Shown piece by piece: positions 24,653 through 37,489 of a stretch of DNA of 64,000 bases; the stretch's first letter is position 1, and each line of letters starts with the position of its first letter. Below the pieces are notes generated by a model that saw only the letters and a list, made by a program, of their open reading frames with translations, was not told where the DNA came from and ran no database searches. The stretch comes from Ranitomeya imitator. Taxonomy: Eukaryota. Made by a program: the position numbers and the translations under genes. The stretch spans positions 217,062,001 to 217,126,000 of the forward strand of contig NC_091288.1 of NCBI RefSeq assembly GCF_032444005.1, read 5' to 3'.

Positions 24653-26213
24653 CAGGTGCTGCACACATAATTAGAATATCATCAAAAAGTGAATTTATTT
24701 CAGTTCTTAAATACAAATAATGAAACTCCTACCTATATTCTATAGAGTCATTACACACAGAGTGATCTATTTCACGTGTCTATTTCTGTTAATGTTGATG
24801 ATTATGGCTTACAGCCAATGAAAACCAAAAAGTAATTATCTCAGTAAATTAAAATACTTTATAACAGCAGCTTGAAAAAATGATTTTAAAATCCAAAATG
24901 TTGTAATACTAAAATGTCTGTTCAGTAAATGCACTCAGTACTTGGTCGCGGCTCCTTTTGCATCAATTCGTGCATCAATGCAGCGTGGCATGGAGGCGAT
25001 CAGCCTGTGGCGCTGCTGAGGGGCTATGGAAGCCCAGGTTGCTTTGATAGCAGCCTTCAGCTCGTCTGCATTGTTGGGTCTGGTGTCTCTCATCTTCCTC
25101 TTGACAATACTCCATAGATTCTCTATGGGGATAAGGTCAGGTGAGTTTGCTGCCAATCAAGCCCAGTGATACTGTTGTTTTTACACCAGGTATTGGTACT
25201 TTTGGCCGTGTGGAGGGGCCAAGTCCTGCTGGAGAATGACATTTCCATCTCCATAAAGCTTGTCGGCAGAGGGAAGCATGAAGTGCTCTACAATGTCCTG
25301 GTAGATGGCTCGGCTGACTTTGGTCTTGATAAAACACAGTGGACCTACACCAGCAGATGACACGGCTCCCAAACCATCACTGATTGTGGAGACTTCACAC
25401 CAGACCTCCAGCAGCTTGGATTGTGGCCTCCACTCTTCCTCCAGATTCTGGGACCTTGATTTCCAAGGTCTAGTGTGAAGTCTCCACAATCAGTGATGGT
25501 TTGGGGAACCATGTCATCTGCTGGTGTAGGTCCACTGTGTTTTATCAGGACCAAAGTCAGTGCAGGTATCTACCAGGACATTATAGAGCACTTCATGGTT
25601 CCCTCTGCTGACAAGCTTTATGGAGATGGAAATGTCATTCTCCAGCAGGACTTGGCCCCTGTCCACACGGCCAAAAGTACCAATACCTGGTGTAAAAACA
25701 ACAGTATCATTGGACTTGATTGGCCCCAAAGGCGCCTGACCTTAACCCCATAGAGAATCTATGGAATATTGTCAAGAGGAAGATGAGACACCAGACCCAA
25801 CAATGCAGACGAGCTGAAGGCTGCTATCAAAGCAACCTGGGCTTCCATAACCCCTCAGCAGCACCACAAGCTGATCGCCTCCATGCCACGCCGCATTGAT
25901 GCAGTAATTGATGCAAAAGGAGCCGCGACCAAGTACTGAGTGCATTTACTGAACATACATTTCAGTAGGGAACATTTCGGATTTAAAAATCATTTTTCAA
26001 GCTGCTGTTATAAAGTATTCTAATTTACTGAGATAATGAGTTTTGGGTTTTCATTTGCTGGAAGCCATAATCATCAACATTAACAGAAATAAACACGTGA
26101 AATAGATCACTCTGTGTGTAATCACTCTATAGAATGTACGAGATTCACCTGTTGTATTGAAGAACTGAAATAAATTCACTTTTTTTATGACCTAATTTTG
26201 TGAGATGCACCTG
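24653..26213. mobile_element. Fold-back Tc1 derivative: two transposase 3' halves in inverted orientation
   Basis: CAGGTG...CACCTG termini with TA on each side (24651-52 and 26214-15). Left arm encodes SPDLIPIENLW..AATKY on the minus strand; right arm encodes SVMVWG..QQDLAPVH..ENLW on the plus strand. Junction near 25466. Confidence 0.9.
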
Positions 26214-27414
26214 TATATAATTATATATGTACAGCTGGTATAACCTGGGCATCTCCTGTATATAATTATATATGTACAGCCGGTATAACCTGGGCATCTC
26301 CTGTATATAATTATATATGTACAGCCGGTATAACCTGGGCATCTCCTGTATATAATTATATATGTACAGCCGGTATAACCTGGGCATCTCCTGTATATAA
26401 TTATATATGTACAGCCGGTATAACCTGGGCATCTCCTGTATATAATTATATATGTACAGCCGGTATAACCTGGGCATCTCCTGTATATAATTATATATGT
26501 ACAGCCGGTATAACCTCGGCATCTCCTGTATATAATTATATATGTACAGCCGGTATAACCTGGGCATCTCCTGTATATAATTATATATGTACAGCCGGTA
26601 TAACCTGGGCATCTCCTGTATATAATTATATATGTACAGCCGGTATAACCTGGGCATCTCCTGTATATAATTATATATGTACAGCCGGTATAACCTGGGC
26701 ATCTCCTGTATATAATTATATATGTACAGCCGGTATAACCTGGGCATCTCCTGTATATAATTATATATGTACAGCCGGTATAACCTGGGCATCTCCTGTA
26801 TATAATTATATATGTACAGCCGGTATAACCTGGGCATCTCCTGTATATAATTATATATGTACAGCCGGTATAACCTGGGCATCTCCTGTATATAATTATA
26901 TATGTACAGCCGGTATAACCTGGGCATCTCCTGTATATAATTATATATGTACAGCCGGTATAACCTGGGCATCTCCTGTATATAATTATATATGTACAGC
27001 CGGTATAACCCGGGCATCTCCTGTGTATATAATTATATATGTACAGCCGGTGTAACCCGGGCATCTCCTGTATATAATTACATATGTACAGCCGGGGTAA
27101 CCCGGGCATCTCCTGTATATAATTACATATGTACAGCTGGTATATCCTGGGCATCTCCTGTATATAATTACATATGTACAGCTGGTATATCCTGGGCATC
27201 TCCTGTATATAATTACATATGTACAGCCGGTATAACCTGGGCATCTCCTGTATATAATTATTTATGTACAGCCAGTATATCCTGGGCATCTTCTGTATAT
27301 AATTATATATGTACAGCTGGTATAACCTGGGCATCTCCTGTATATAATTTTATATGTACAGCCGGTATAACCTGGGTATCTCCTGCATATAATTTTATAT
27401 GTACAGCTGGTGCA

Positions 27415-27506
27415 AGCTGGACTATGGAGTCGGTAAGTCAAACCTCCGACTCATCAATTTCCATGACACTGACTCCATCAAAATGGGCTCCGACTCCACA
27501 GCCCTG
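27415..27506. mobile_element. Small element with GGAGTCGG / CCGACTCC inverted ends inside the satellite
   Basis: ACTATGGAGTCGG...CCGACTCCACAGCCCTG; left end degenerate. Confidence 0.5.
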
Positions 27507-27929
27507 GGTATAACCTGGGTATCTCACATATATATTATATATGTACATCTGGTATAACCTAGGGAACTTCTGTGTATAATGATATATTTACAGCCGGTAT
27601 AACCTGGGCATCTCCTGTATGTAATTATTTACAGTATTGCCACGGTGCACATTTTGCAGGATTGTGGAGCCTGATCTGTTCACATCATTTCTAACCACAA
27701 CCACTTCCTACAGTTACTCTGGGCTGGAGGTGGTGGGGCTGAGCGGCGCACACCTACACTGCCGGGAGAACGCTGCGCCACACCGGCTCCTGTAACCCCT
27801 TAATTCCTGGGCATTCTGGTATCTGTGGATTCACTGCAAATAATAGAGAGAGATTGACTCCTGCTGCACCCCTGCCCCTTCACCCAGAAGAGCATTTGTG
27901 GGGTCAGATCCTGATGCTGGGGGGTCCAG

Positions 27930-28480
27930 GCTCACAATCTTCATTATAGGATAGAGCTGAGGTCCAGGCTCTGGGCGGCTGATCATGTTCTCCCCTCCAT
28001 GTCTATACAGATCTTGAGCCCTGGGCAGAGTCATGGGGGGCAAATAAGGGTCTCCAAACTGTTCCCACAAAACTGAAGCTACAATTGTCCACAATGTCTT
28101 GTGCTGAAGATGAAGATTTCCCATCACTGGAGCTGAGGGGTCCGAGGCCGCCCCCTGACAACAGAACATAGCATTATCTTCCTCCACCATCTGTACAGGG
28201 GGCACAATGCAGTCAGGGGGGAATCACCAAACCCAGAATCCTCCATCAGATGCAGATAGAGAAGTGCGATCCGTCACTGCAAAGAACATGTCTCCTCCAG
28301 AGTCCAGTGATGGCGGCTTTACACCACTCCATCCGACGCTCGGCATTGTGCTTGGTGATGTACGGCTGCATGCAGCTGCTCAGCCATGAAGCTCTGGGTG
28401 GGCGCGCAGTGTTTGTTTCAGAGGAGGTCTGGACCCTGCAGTTAAGGGGGTCAGCAGAGCGGTGGGGATGTTTATGCAAT
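27930..28480 (-). mobile_element. Degenerate Tc1 transposase fragment
   Basis: PYITKHNAERRMEWCKA...HVLCSDGSHF (28246-28479) and VLWEQFGD (27831-28205 ORF) resemble Tc1 N-terminal and DDE regions. Confidence 0.65.
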
Positions 28481-31400
28481 TGGTGGGTGCGAGGTTGCAG
28501 GCAATTACCAAATTGGAAAAAATGTACATAGTGTAGGATCTATGCCCTGTGGCCACAGTGTCAGGGTGCAGGTGCAGGCTGCATTGTGGGTGATATAAGG
28601 GCTGATAAAGTCAGAGGGAGCAGAGCAGCAACATCCGGGAATATGTGCAGATTGACACTAAACACAGAGCCGCGCACTGCTCTCTGCACATCTCCTGGTG
28701 AACAAGTCAGCGAGCAGCCCTCCGGCCCGGGATCCTGAATATTGGGAGTAGCCCTCGAAACGGGCGACCCCAACACCCCAGTGGGCAGATTTCCAGAAAA
28801 GAGGCCCCCGATTGTAAGTATGCGACTCCTATTCTTCTCGGCCCATGGTGGATGCCCAATCCTTCACCCCAATGTCGGATCTGTTATGGACCATTTGTAG
28901 CACCGCCGTCCCCTACGGTGACCGGGCGCACAGTTCACTGCAGCCTCTGAAAACCCTCAAGCTTCTATTTATTTAAGATGATTATGATCGTACATGAGCG
29001 TCACTGTATCGGGGTGGAAGAAAGGGATATTGAGGGACATCTAGAGCACCGAGGCCCATGGTGACCAAGCAAGAAAAAACAACAAGAGCTTAGCCTTTAC
29101 AAACTTAATTTCATGAAATGTGTTTGAGAGGCAACTGTGGTGGAAGTGGGGCATGTTTTTAAGGGTAAGATTCCATCTTTAGGAGGGCTCGTTTTCCTAA
29201 TGTCTCCCCTTTTCATCACTAAAGGGTCAGTCACTAATCTAGATCGCGATAGGCTAACCCATATTCTTCACCCGATGGGCATTTTGAGTTTTTAAATTTT
29301 TGAAAAATTAAAATTGTATTATTTTATTTATTTCAAAGATTACTTCCATTAACGGAGGAGCCAAGTTGTGTCCTCTGTTTATCTCTTCTCCCAGTCAGAA
29401 TGTGGCCATCGGTTTGCAAAAATTGGTTCTGATCGATGGAGCAGGTTGCTCTTGTCCAAGGAAAATACCTGCTCCTTGTCAGTCAGACATAAATATTCTG
29501 TTCATCAGTCAACTGTGATATCTAACAAACGCAAATATATCTCTCAGAACACAATATTTAAGAAGGAGAGAACCTATTGATTGGGAGGTCTCGCGAGGTT
29601 CCGTTACTGATTGCCATGTGTGTGACAATCTTCTATCTTTTGCCCTCTTACAAGAGATTGTGGGCTTCATCCTATTCATTACAAGACATTGTGGCGCCAA
29701 AACACGAACCCAATATTTTTAAATCTGTAAATCCATCAATCGATAAATTCCTCCAAATGCCAACAGTGGGTGGTGTCAATGATGATGGAAGGTCATCATA
29801 ACCTTTAGACATGTTTTTTACATTATCTACCATCTCGGGACCCTTTATGAAGTCAACGACTCTCACAGCTGAAGAGCTGATACCAAAAATATGGGACTTC
29901 CATGGGGGTCACAAGAGGTGAAATAGACCCAATCGTCATTTCAAGCTGAGATGTGAAGAACCCGTGTGAGTCCCGCTCTCCACCGGCTCCAGTACATGGA
30001 TGGAGGAATTGTTCAGGGTCAAGATGGATCTCTTCGGAAATTAGATCAAGAAAGAAGGCTAAAATGTCAACTTTTCTTGTGTTTTATTTATTTCAACCAT
30101 CTCTTCTGATAACTGGGAGCTAAGTTGGTTTCTCTATTTATGAGACCTCCGTGAACAGAGATAATGTAGTAGGTGGCCATTGGTTTGAGTAAATAGGTTC
30201 TGGCCCATGAAACAAGGTGCTCTTGTTGGACGAAAATATCCACCAAAACGAACCGGATAGTTTTAAATGTGTAACCTCCCCTAATTGATAGATTCCCCAA
30301 ACACCAACATTAAATGATGCTCATGATGATGGAAGGTCGTCACAACCTTTAGACCCAGCTTTTACATGGTCTACAACATATCTTTCATAAAGTCCTCAAT
30401 GACTCTCACAACTGGAGTGCTAGTACCAAAGAGATGGGACTGCCATTGGTCCCAAGAGGTGAGACAGACCCCAAGGTATAAAATAATGGGCTTGTAGGGT
30501 TCCCTCTTTCCATCAGCTAGAGTATATGGATGAAGAAATCATTAAGGTTCACGATGGACCTCTTCAGCAATGAAATCAAGAAAGAAGGCTAAACGTTAAC
30601 TTTTCTTGTCCTGAGGTTTGGTATTTATTCTAGTTTCTGGTTTGAGGTCTAATCTATTTTTTGTCCCCTCTGCTGATAGCACTGCCGTTTTGGATTTGCT
30701 CCAAGTATTCTTATGCTAGTTATTGATGAGCTATTTCTTTTGAAGTTATCTTCTATTATCCATGTACAGGGTGACAATAGGAGGGAGTTTACCCAACTTT
30801 TGAAGTTTTTTCCACCATCAAACTTTAAATTTAGTCAGAGATCAGAGTCATTAAAACCAGACATAAGAAGAGTGTGCCAATGATGTTCTATTAGCACGAC
30901 ACATTGAAGGGGACGATAACGTCACCACCTCAGGTCCAGCCATAAGCTCACTTGATGGCTCTACAGGACCCGCCATGTGAAATATGGATAGGCCGTCTTC
31001 ACCAGAGAGACTCTCCATTTTGGCTGACTCTCCATCTTGAGCATCGGGCCGCCTTTTTTTTTTTTCTTCTAGTAAAACAACCCCTTTAAGTCTGTATCTC
31101 CAAACTTTTAACTGTGCGGTCCTTCTATAGGTCTACTACAAGGCCTTGAAACTTTAGGGTTTACAGCAAATCTTTGAGATTGCCTATGACATCACTGTAC
31201 ATAAACCAACCTGAGGTCTGGTATGGTGGTCCTCGGTCAGAGAGCTTCTTTCCTCTTCGCTCATTTCCTCGCCTTTTTTCTCTTTCTTGTGTGAAATGCT
31301 TCATCAATAATGTTTTCTTTCATGTGTGACCACACAACTCGTACATCACAGATTTAAGGGTATCTCCACCCAACAGGTAGGACACTTCTGGAGATTTGGT

Positions 31401-32565
31401 GGTGCACATGTTAATATCGTGAAGGAACCGGCAGCCGTAATGATTGTCACACAACTGTCCTAGAACAAATCTGCCTTATCCAGATGTGTTTGGCATGGTG
31501 GTGGGCCAAGTGATCTATCGAACCAATCCTGAGATAAGTGTAGGGTTCACTAACCTGGAGAAAAAACTGTAGACACAGAAAGTCTACTGATTTATTAGTT
31601 CTACATATTGTATGTCCTGGTAACGGCAGGAACATCCTCCGATCATATCCAGTCATGACATCCATTGTGTCACTACCTAGAATGTCCTCCGATGCATAAT
31701 AGCAAGGGGAAGCTGAGACGTTGGCAGATAGTGACTGTCATAAGCTGCCAGCATCTGGCGCTCATCTTGGAGATTGCTTCTTTCTTTTTATCTTCCTTTC
31801 CATCCAAAATATCTGATAATCTTCACTAACTACAGAGCAGATTGAGACATGAGCTTGACCAGCAAAAAGAACCAGAACATTAATGCTTGGAGAGCAAAGT
31901 GTCCTGTGAAAGCTGAGACTCCCGATATAATGAGGAAGTGCTTTCTTCTAGATCTTTTCCCATGGTAATCCTACTAGATAAGGTCATGGGCACCAACTAA
32001 AAATCCACCTTCTAGCATATGTCGGAGATGCTTTATTGCCCCCACAGATACCAGTGATATTGTTGCTTTCACCCCTAACACATAACCTCATGAGGCAGGA
32101 TTAAATGTTTGATGCCTTCTCTGGATCATTGGGTTGATTCCTCCAACTCTTGTTGGCCAAGTTTCATGAGTCGGTAGAGAAGAGATTCCTGCACAAGTTC
32201 TCACCACTCATGGGTCACACCGAAGAAATCTCTATATCTATTGTCAGCTCTGGTGACCATCAATGTCGGTCCATGTATATTTTGCACCTTTTATTCACTA
32301 TGGAAGCCCCACCCGCAGCCCACTCGAAGGTGCAAAAACTGACTAATATAATGACTGAACCTGAAAACTCTGTAGGGTGAGAGCAGTCGCTGCACCAACC
32401 AATGACACCAAACCACAAGACCCAGATACGAGGTCTCAGTCGTCTTCTCATGCAGAGTAAGCCAAGACATCTTCCTCTCACGTACTAGAACAAGACATGC
32501 AACCGGCACAAAGATCTTCAACCAAAGGTCAGAGAAAATGATAATGTCCTACTAAACTTGAATTT

Positions 32566-34165
32566 AGGGGCAGTATTATAGCAGTTATATTCTTGTACAT
32601 AGGTGCAGTATTATAGTAGTTATATTCTTGTACATAGGAGCAGTATTATAGTAGTTATATTCTTGTACTTAGGGGCAGTATTATAGTAGTTATATTCTTG
32701 TACATGGGGGCAGTATTATAGTAGTTATATTCTTGTACATAGGGGCAGTATTATAGTAGTTATATTCTTGTACTTAGGGGCAGTATTATAGTAGTTATAT
32801 TCTTGTACATAGGAGCAGTATTATAGCAGTTACCGTATATTCTTGTACATAGGAAGCAGTATTATAGTAGATATATTCTTGTACATAGGAGCAGTATTAT
32901 AGTAGTTATATTCTTGTACTTAGGGGCAGTATTATAGTAGTTATATTCTTGTACATAGGAGCAGTATTATAGTGGTTATATTCTTGTACATGGGGGCAGT
33001 ATTATAGTAGTTATATTCTTGTACATAGGGGCAGTATTATAGTAGTTATATTCTTGTACATGGGAAGCAGTATTATAGTAGATATATTCTTGTACATAGG
33101 GAGCAGTATTATAATAGTGATATTCTTGTACATAGGAGCAGTATTATAGTAGTTATATTCTTGTACATAGGAGCAGTATTATAGTAGTTATATTCTTGTA
33201 CATAGGAGCAGTATTATAGTAGTTATATTCTTGTACATAGGGAGCAGTATTATAGTAGTTATATTCTTGTACATAGGGAGCAGTATTATAATAGTGATAT
33301 TCTTGTACATAGGAGCAGTATTATAGTAGTTATATTCTTGTACATAGAGGGCAGTATTATAGTAGTTATATTCTTGTACATAGGAGCAGTATTATAGTAG
33401 TTATATTCTTGTACATAGGGGCAGTATTATAGTAGTTATATTCTTGTACATAGGGGCAGTATTATAGTGGTTATATTCTTGTACATGGGGGCAGTATTAT
33501 AGTAATTATATTCTTGTACATAGGGGCAGTATTATAGTAGTTATATTCTTGTACATGGGAAGCAGTATTATAGTAGATATATTCTTGTACATAGGGAGCA
33601 GTATTATAATAGTGATATTCTTGTACATAGGAGCAGTATTATAGTAGTTATATTCTTGTACATAGGAGCAGTATTATAGTAGTTATATTCTTGTACATAG
33701 GAGCAGTATTATAGTAGTTATATTCTTGTACATAGGGGGCAATATTATAGTAGTTATATTCTTGTACATAGGGAGCAGTATTATAATAGTGATATTCTTG
33801 TACATAGGGAGCAGTATTATAATAGTGATATTCTTGTACATAGGAGCAGTATTATAGTAGTTATATTCTTGTATATAGGGGCAGTATAATAGTAGTTATA
33901 TTCTTATACATAGGGGGCAGTATTATAGTAGTTATATTCTTGTACATAAAAGCAGTATTATAGTAGTTAAATGTTTGTACATAGGGGCAGTATTATAGTA
34001 GTTATATTCTTGTACATAGGAGCAGTATTATAGTAGTTATATTCTTGTACATAGGGGCAGTATTATAGTAGTTATATTCTTGTATATAGGAGCTTTATTA
34101 TAGTAGTTATATTCTTGTACATAGGAGCAGTATTATAGTAGTTATATTCTTGTACATAGGGGTCA
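32566..34165. repeat. About 35-bp satellite, about 45 copies
   Basis: GGRGCAGTATTATAGTAGTTATATTCTTGTACATA. Confidence 0.97.
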
Positions 34166-34689
34166 GTTTTATAATATTTTTGCAGATTTAGAAGTTTATT
34201 TTTTTAAATGTTCTGCAGTGAGCTCTCATTTTAAGGAAGAGATGAGGGAACAGGTACTATGAAAGTAAAACTACCAAAACTGAAATTACTACATTTTCTG
34301 CTGAATAATGACTAATATTTAAAGATTACTTGATGGTTACAACCTGCAAAGTGCATAAACTCATGTATGAAGCGAGTCTGGTAATGAATACTTGCTTTGT
34401 GTTAGGCACTTACCTCTGGGTTCCCTTTATCTGGGCTGGATGGGAAATGACCGTTCCACCGTCCTACTGATTCCTTATTGAAAACTAAATTTGACAATTT
34501 TACCAAATAAATTGCTGCATTAAATTCTTTCACCTATAGGTGGCAGTCTTTGCTCTGTTATTAATGAATGCTTAAAAAACACAGCAATCCGAGTGGTAAA
34601 ATATGGTATAACAAGTAACATTCCTATTAAAAAAAAAAAAAAAAGAGGTTATGTTTTTTTTTTTTCTGTTCTTTTGAATATAGGCCAGC

Positions 34690-34786
34690 ATGATGGACAC
34701 ATTCAGTGTGATGTACTTTGTTGCTGTTGTTCTCCCCATAGTTCTCATCACAGGCCTGTGTATCAGCTGTCATAGAAAGATACCAA
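34690..34786 (+). CDS. LAT: LAT coding exon 1 (short ectodomain, TM, CxxC): MMDTFSVMYFVAVVLPIVLITGLCISCHRKIP
   Basis: Polypyrimidine tract and AG at 34682-83; phase-1 GTAAGT donor at 34787. LCISCHR resembles human LCVHCHR. The upstream acceptor implies a non-coding exon that I did not locate. Confidence 0.9.
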
Positions 34787-34905
34787 GTAAGTGTTGGAAT
34801 TCTCAGTATAATACGTGTCATGGCGAATATGAAAGATGTTGTAGAAGTCTGAATTTTTAAAAAATTTTTGTAAAAAAAAAACTTTTTTTGTGCTTTCTCT
34901 CTTAG

Positions 34906-34939
34906 TTCACATAACGCAGACAGATTACTGTGATAACAA
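34906..34939 (+). CDS. LAT: LAT coding exon 2 (IHITQTDYCDNK)
   Basis: ttttttgtgctttctctcttAG acceptor, GTAAGT donor, phase 1 to 2. Confidence 0.8.
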
Positions 34940-34994
34940 GTAAGTTATTCCATTCATGTAAATTTATATAATCAACAGCATCATTTAAATAAAT

Positions 34995-35325
34995 AGATTC
35001 CCTCATAAAAACAGCGCCACCTATAGGACATAAAGATATAAAGTCTATCAGGAAGTAATGAAACAGCGCCACCTGTAGGTCATAAAGGTGTATAGCGTAC
35101 ATCAGGAAGTATGGACACAGCGCCATCGACAGGAAGACTCCACCAGGAAGCCGAAAAACAGCGCCACCTACAGCACATAAAGATATAAATACTCCATCAG
35201 AAACTATGGATGGTCATAAAGGTCTATAGAGTCAATCAGGCAGTATGGAAACGGCACCACCTACAGGTCATAAAAATATGTAGTGTGCATCTGGAAGTAT
35301 AGGAACAGCGCCACCTGCAGGTTAT
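34995..35325. promoter_or_regulatory. Degenerate repeat (about 52-bp units) carrying six CTCF-like motifs and ETS cores, in LAT intron 2
   Basis: CAGCGCCACCTNNAGG-like at 35012, 35064, 35118, 35159, 35252, 35306; CAGGAAGT at about 35049 and 35103. Function is inferred, not shown. Confidence 0.5.
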
Positions 35326-35506
35326 ATGTCGATAGACTCCAATTGGGCAAAAATTCTCTTGTTTCTCATCTTCATCTTTGGTTACATTTAGAGCCTACGT
35401 AGGCATGGCCACCTAAAGTACATTTTTTAGGGGAGGGATAAAATTGATGGGCAGTACTACATTACCCAGACTGATTTTTTTGTATTCTCATTCTCTTGTG
35501 TCGTAG

Positions 35507-35559
35507 GACTCATTATGCTCCACCTTCATCAAGCTTTATGATTATGAATAGACCACCAG
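35507..35559 (+). CDS. LAT: LAT coding exon 3 (THYAPPSSSFMIMNRPP)
   Basis: tctcttgtgtcgtAG acceptor, GTAAGG donor, phase 2 to 1; the other two frames contain stops. Confidence 0.8.
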
Positions 35560-35784
35560 GTAAGGCCTGACCTCAGATTCCCACATCTGTTTGACCACCC
35601 CATGGAGACAGAACGTTCTTTGTAATGTACCGGAGACGGCCTGCCTGCTCTAACCCCACGATATTTCCATAAACACCCAAACATTGATCGTATCCGAGGA
35701 TCAACCCCAGAACAACAAAGTTTAGACCGTAGGACATGTTCCTCGGCTGCTGAGAACTGACCACCATATCCTCTGTCTCCACAG

Positions 35785-35848
35785 CTCACCTGCGATCAGT
35801 CTCCTCTCAGGGCACCATGTGCCACCAGGACATCTTGCTCACCATTCC
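35785..35848 (+). CDS. LAT: LAT coding exon 4 (AHLRSVSSQGTMCHQDILLTIP)
   Basis: ctctgtctccacAG acceptor, GTACGT donor, phase 1 to 2. QDILLTIP resembles human QPDLLPIP. Confidence 0.85.
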
Positions 35849-36221
35849 GTACGTATCCGTCATCTCCATATCCCTGACGTTGGCCTTCTCCTCTGCACCT
35901 ATCTTCACTCAGTAGGGTATATGCCTCAATAGATTGTAAGTTCTGACGGTTTCCAGGTCAGTGTGAACAGACACACACATTAGAAAGTTGACTCTGTTGA
36001 CCTGAGAAGGCCTCGGTGTTTTCGTAGACTTCTAGAAAGTAATTCAGAGGTTGGGATTTCTTACACTTCCTCATATCACGGGCTGACCACAGATTTATAG
36101 CTTCTTGAGGGTTCTTGATGATAAGGAAGTACGTGATAACACCACTACAGATGAGCAGATCACACTGAGATAAAGGGCTCCTACGAGTGAGCTAAGACCC
36201 TCTGAACATCTGTCTCCACAG

Positions 36222-36274
36222 GAAGTCACCCAACTGCGAGAGCCGTAGAAGTTCGGTGGGAAGAGAAATTCAAG
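36222..36274 (+). CDS. LAT: LAT coding exon 5 (KSPNCESRRSSVGREIQ)
   Basis: tctgtctccacAG acceptor, GTAGGT donor, phase 2 to 1. P|KSP resembles human P|RSP. Confidence 0.85.
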
Positions 36275-36765
36275 GTAGGTTCTAAAACTCATCTCATCTG
36301 GAGCATGTATCCCAGGGTTTTATTATGAGGTGGGCACCAGATATATTTGCCCCGTGGTGCTGGTGATAATGTGGGTCTGATGGCGATGATGGATATGGAG
36401 ACTTTCACCGGTTTACCAAAATTTGGTGACTTCCAGATTTTTTGTAGGACCCTTTTGTAGGGTCTACGTCTTGAGCATTGGTTGTGAGGATCTACTATAT
36501 TCTAGACCTTTTATTTCGAATGATCTAGTCAACCTCTGATACAGGTTTTTCTACTTGTCTTCCACCCACTGTATTAAGTTCATTCATATCCAACCTCATT
36601 TCAGAGACACATACAGCAGGACAACCAGTAGACAAATATCTTATGTTTATGGAGAACTTTACCTCTGCGGATAGTCTCACGTCTTCATCATATTTCTTAA
36701 ACTTCTTCTGTCATTATACTGAGTTGTCCAAGTCTTTTCTTGATTCCTTATCTTTCTGCTCTCAG

Positions 36766-36804
36766 GTTACCCCGATGGATGCGACTCCATCCCACGCGCA
36801 GCAA
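36766..36804 (+). CDS. LAT: LAT coding exon 6 (GYPDGCDSIPRAA)
   Basis: Long pyrimidine tract ending ctctcAG, GTACGT donor, phase 1 to 1. DGCDSI resembles human DGANSV. Confidence 0.65.
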
Positions 36805-37189
36805 GTACGTGACCTCTGTAATCTTATGTATCAAGCACAAGTCCAACTTTCCATATGGCACTCGTGATACCCGAGGACCATAAGTTTGGCCCTTCCTAAA
36901 GTCACCTATGATGATGGTAAAACCATCTACCAGGATTGTTGTTGGGTTGATGTATTTCCTAGTTCCCCATACTTGGTTACGACTTATGGCCATCTTGATT
37001 TAATTGGGGACATACGAGGTGGTCATCAGAGTATCTTCTGCAGGCTCTTCATGAATGACTTTACATTTCCCACTTGTATAAAATTTGTACGCGCAAGTAC
37101 AAAACCAGGAAAATAATTTGTTTAAAGTGGAAAACCCCTTTTTAAGTCAAGTGGCCGCATCAACTGTGTCCCTTCTCTCCCATCTGTAG

Positions 37190-37289
37190 GTACTTATCTC
37201 TTAAAAAGTAAAAGTATAGAAGTAGATGATTATGACGATGAAGGAGAAGACCCAAACTACTCCAATGACAACCAGGCTTGCGGATACAT
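37190..37289 (+). CDS. LAT: LAT coding exon 7 (STYLLKSKSIEVDDYDDEGEDPNYSNDNQACGYI)
   Basis: cccttctctcccatctgtAG acceptor, GTAAGA donor, phase 1 to 2. Acidic tract, YxN and GY resemble human DEDDYHNPGYL. Confidence 0.88.
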
Positions 37290-37489
37290 GTAAGAAGGCC
37301 TGATATCCAGTAGATGACAGCGTGTGGATACGTAGTGCCTGCCTCCATGGGAAATACTGTAATGAAATGCTGAATGGAACATAAGGAGATGGTGGAGAAT
37401 GGCTGACACTATGATATAGCTGACAATATGAGAGAGCTGACATTTGCTAGACCTTTTATAGCTGATAACACGTCAGAGCTGACACACAC

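Larger units (their letters stand above)
24530..27630. repeat. 45-bp minisatellite with a Tc1 derivative inserted
   Basis: CTGTATATAATTATATATGTACAGCCGGTATAACCTGGGCATCTC; nearly perfect at 26214-27000, degenerate toward both ends. Confidence 0.95.

Noticed and set aside
26145-27513. 290-, 380- and 173-aa periodic ORFs
   Set aside because: 15-aa periodicity from the 45-bp satellite.
28560-32560. Possible decayed L1/Tx1 LINE (weak GGLVFPN and NIQDPGPEG resemblances)
   Set aside because: The motifs are inconsistent in strand and order, and no continuous RT or endonuclease could be read.
26214-34165. CRISPR-like regular arrays
   Set aside because: Head-to-tail repeats with no unique spacers and no cas genes, in eukaryotic DNA.
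36606-36867. Alternative LAT exon or 74-aa ORF
   Set aside because: No phase-compatible donor and no LAT-like motif; 36766-36804 fits better.
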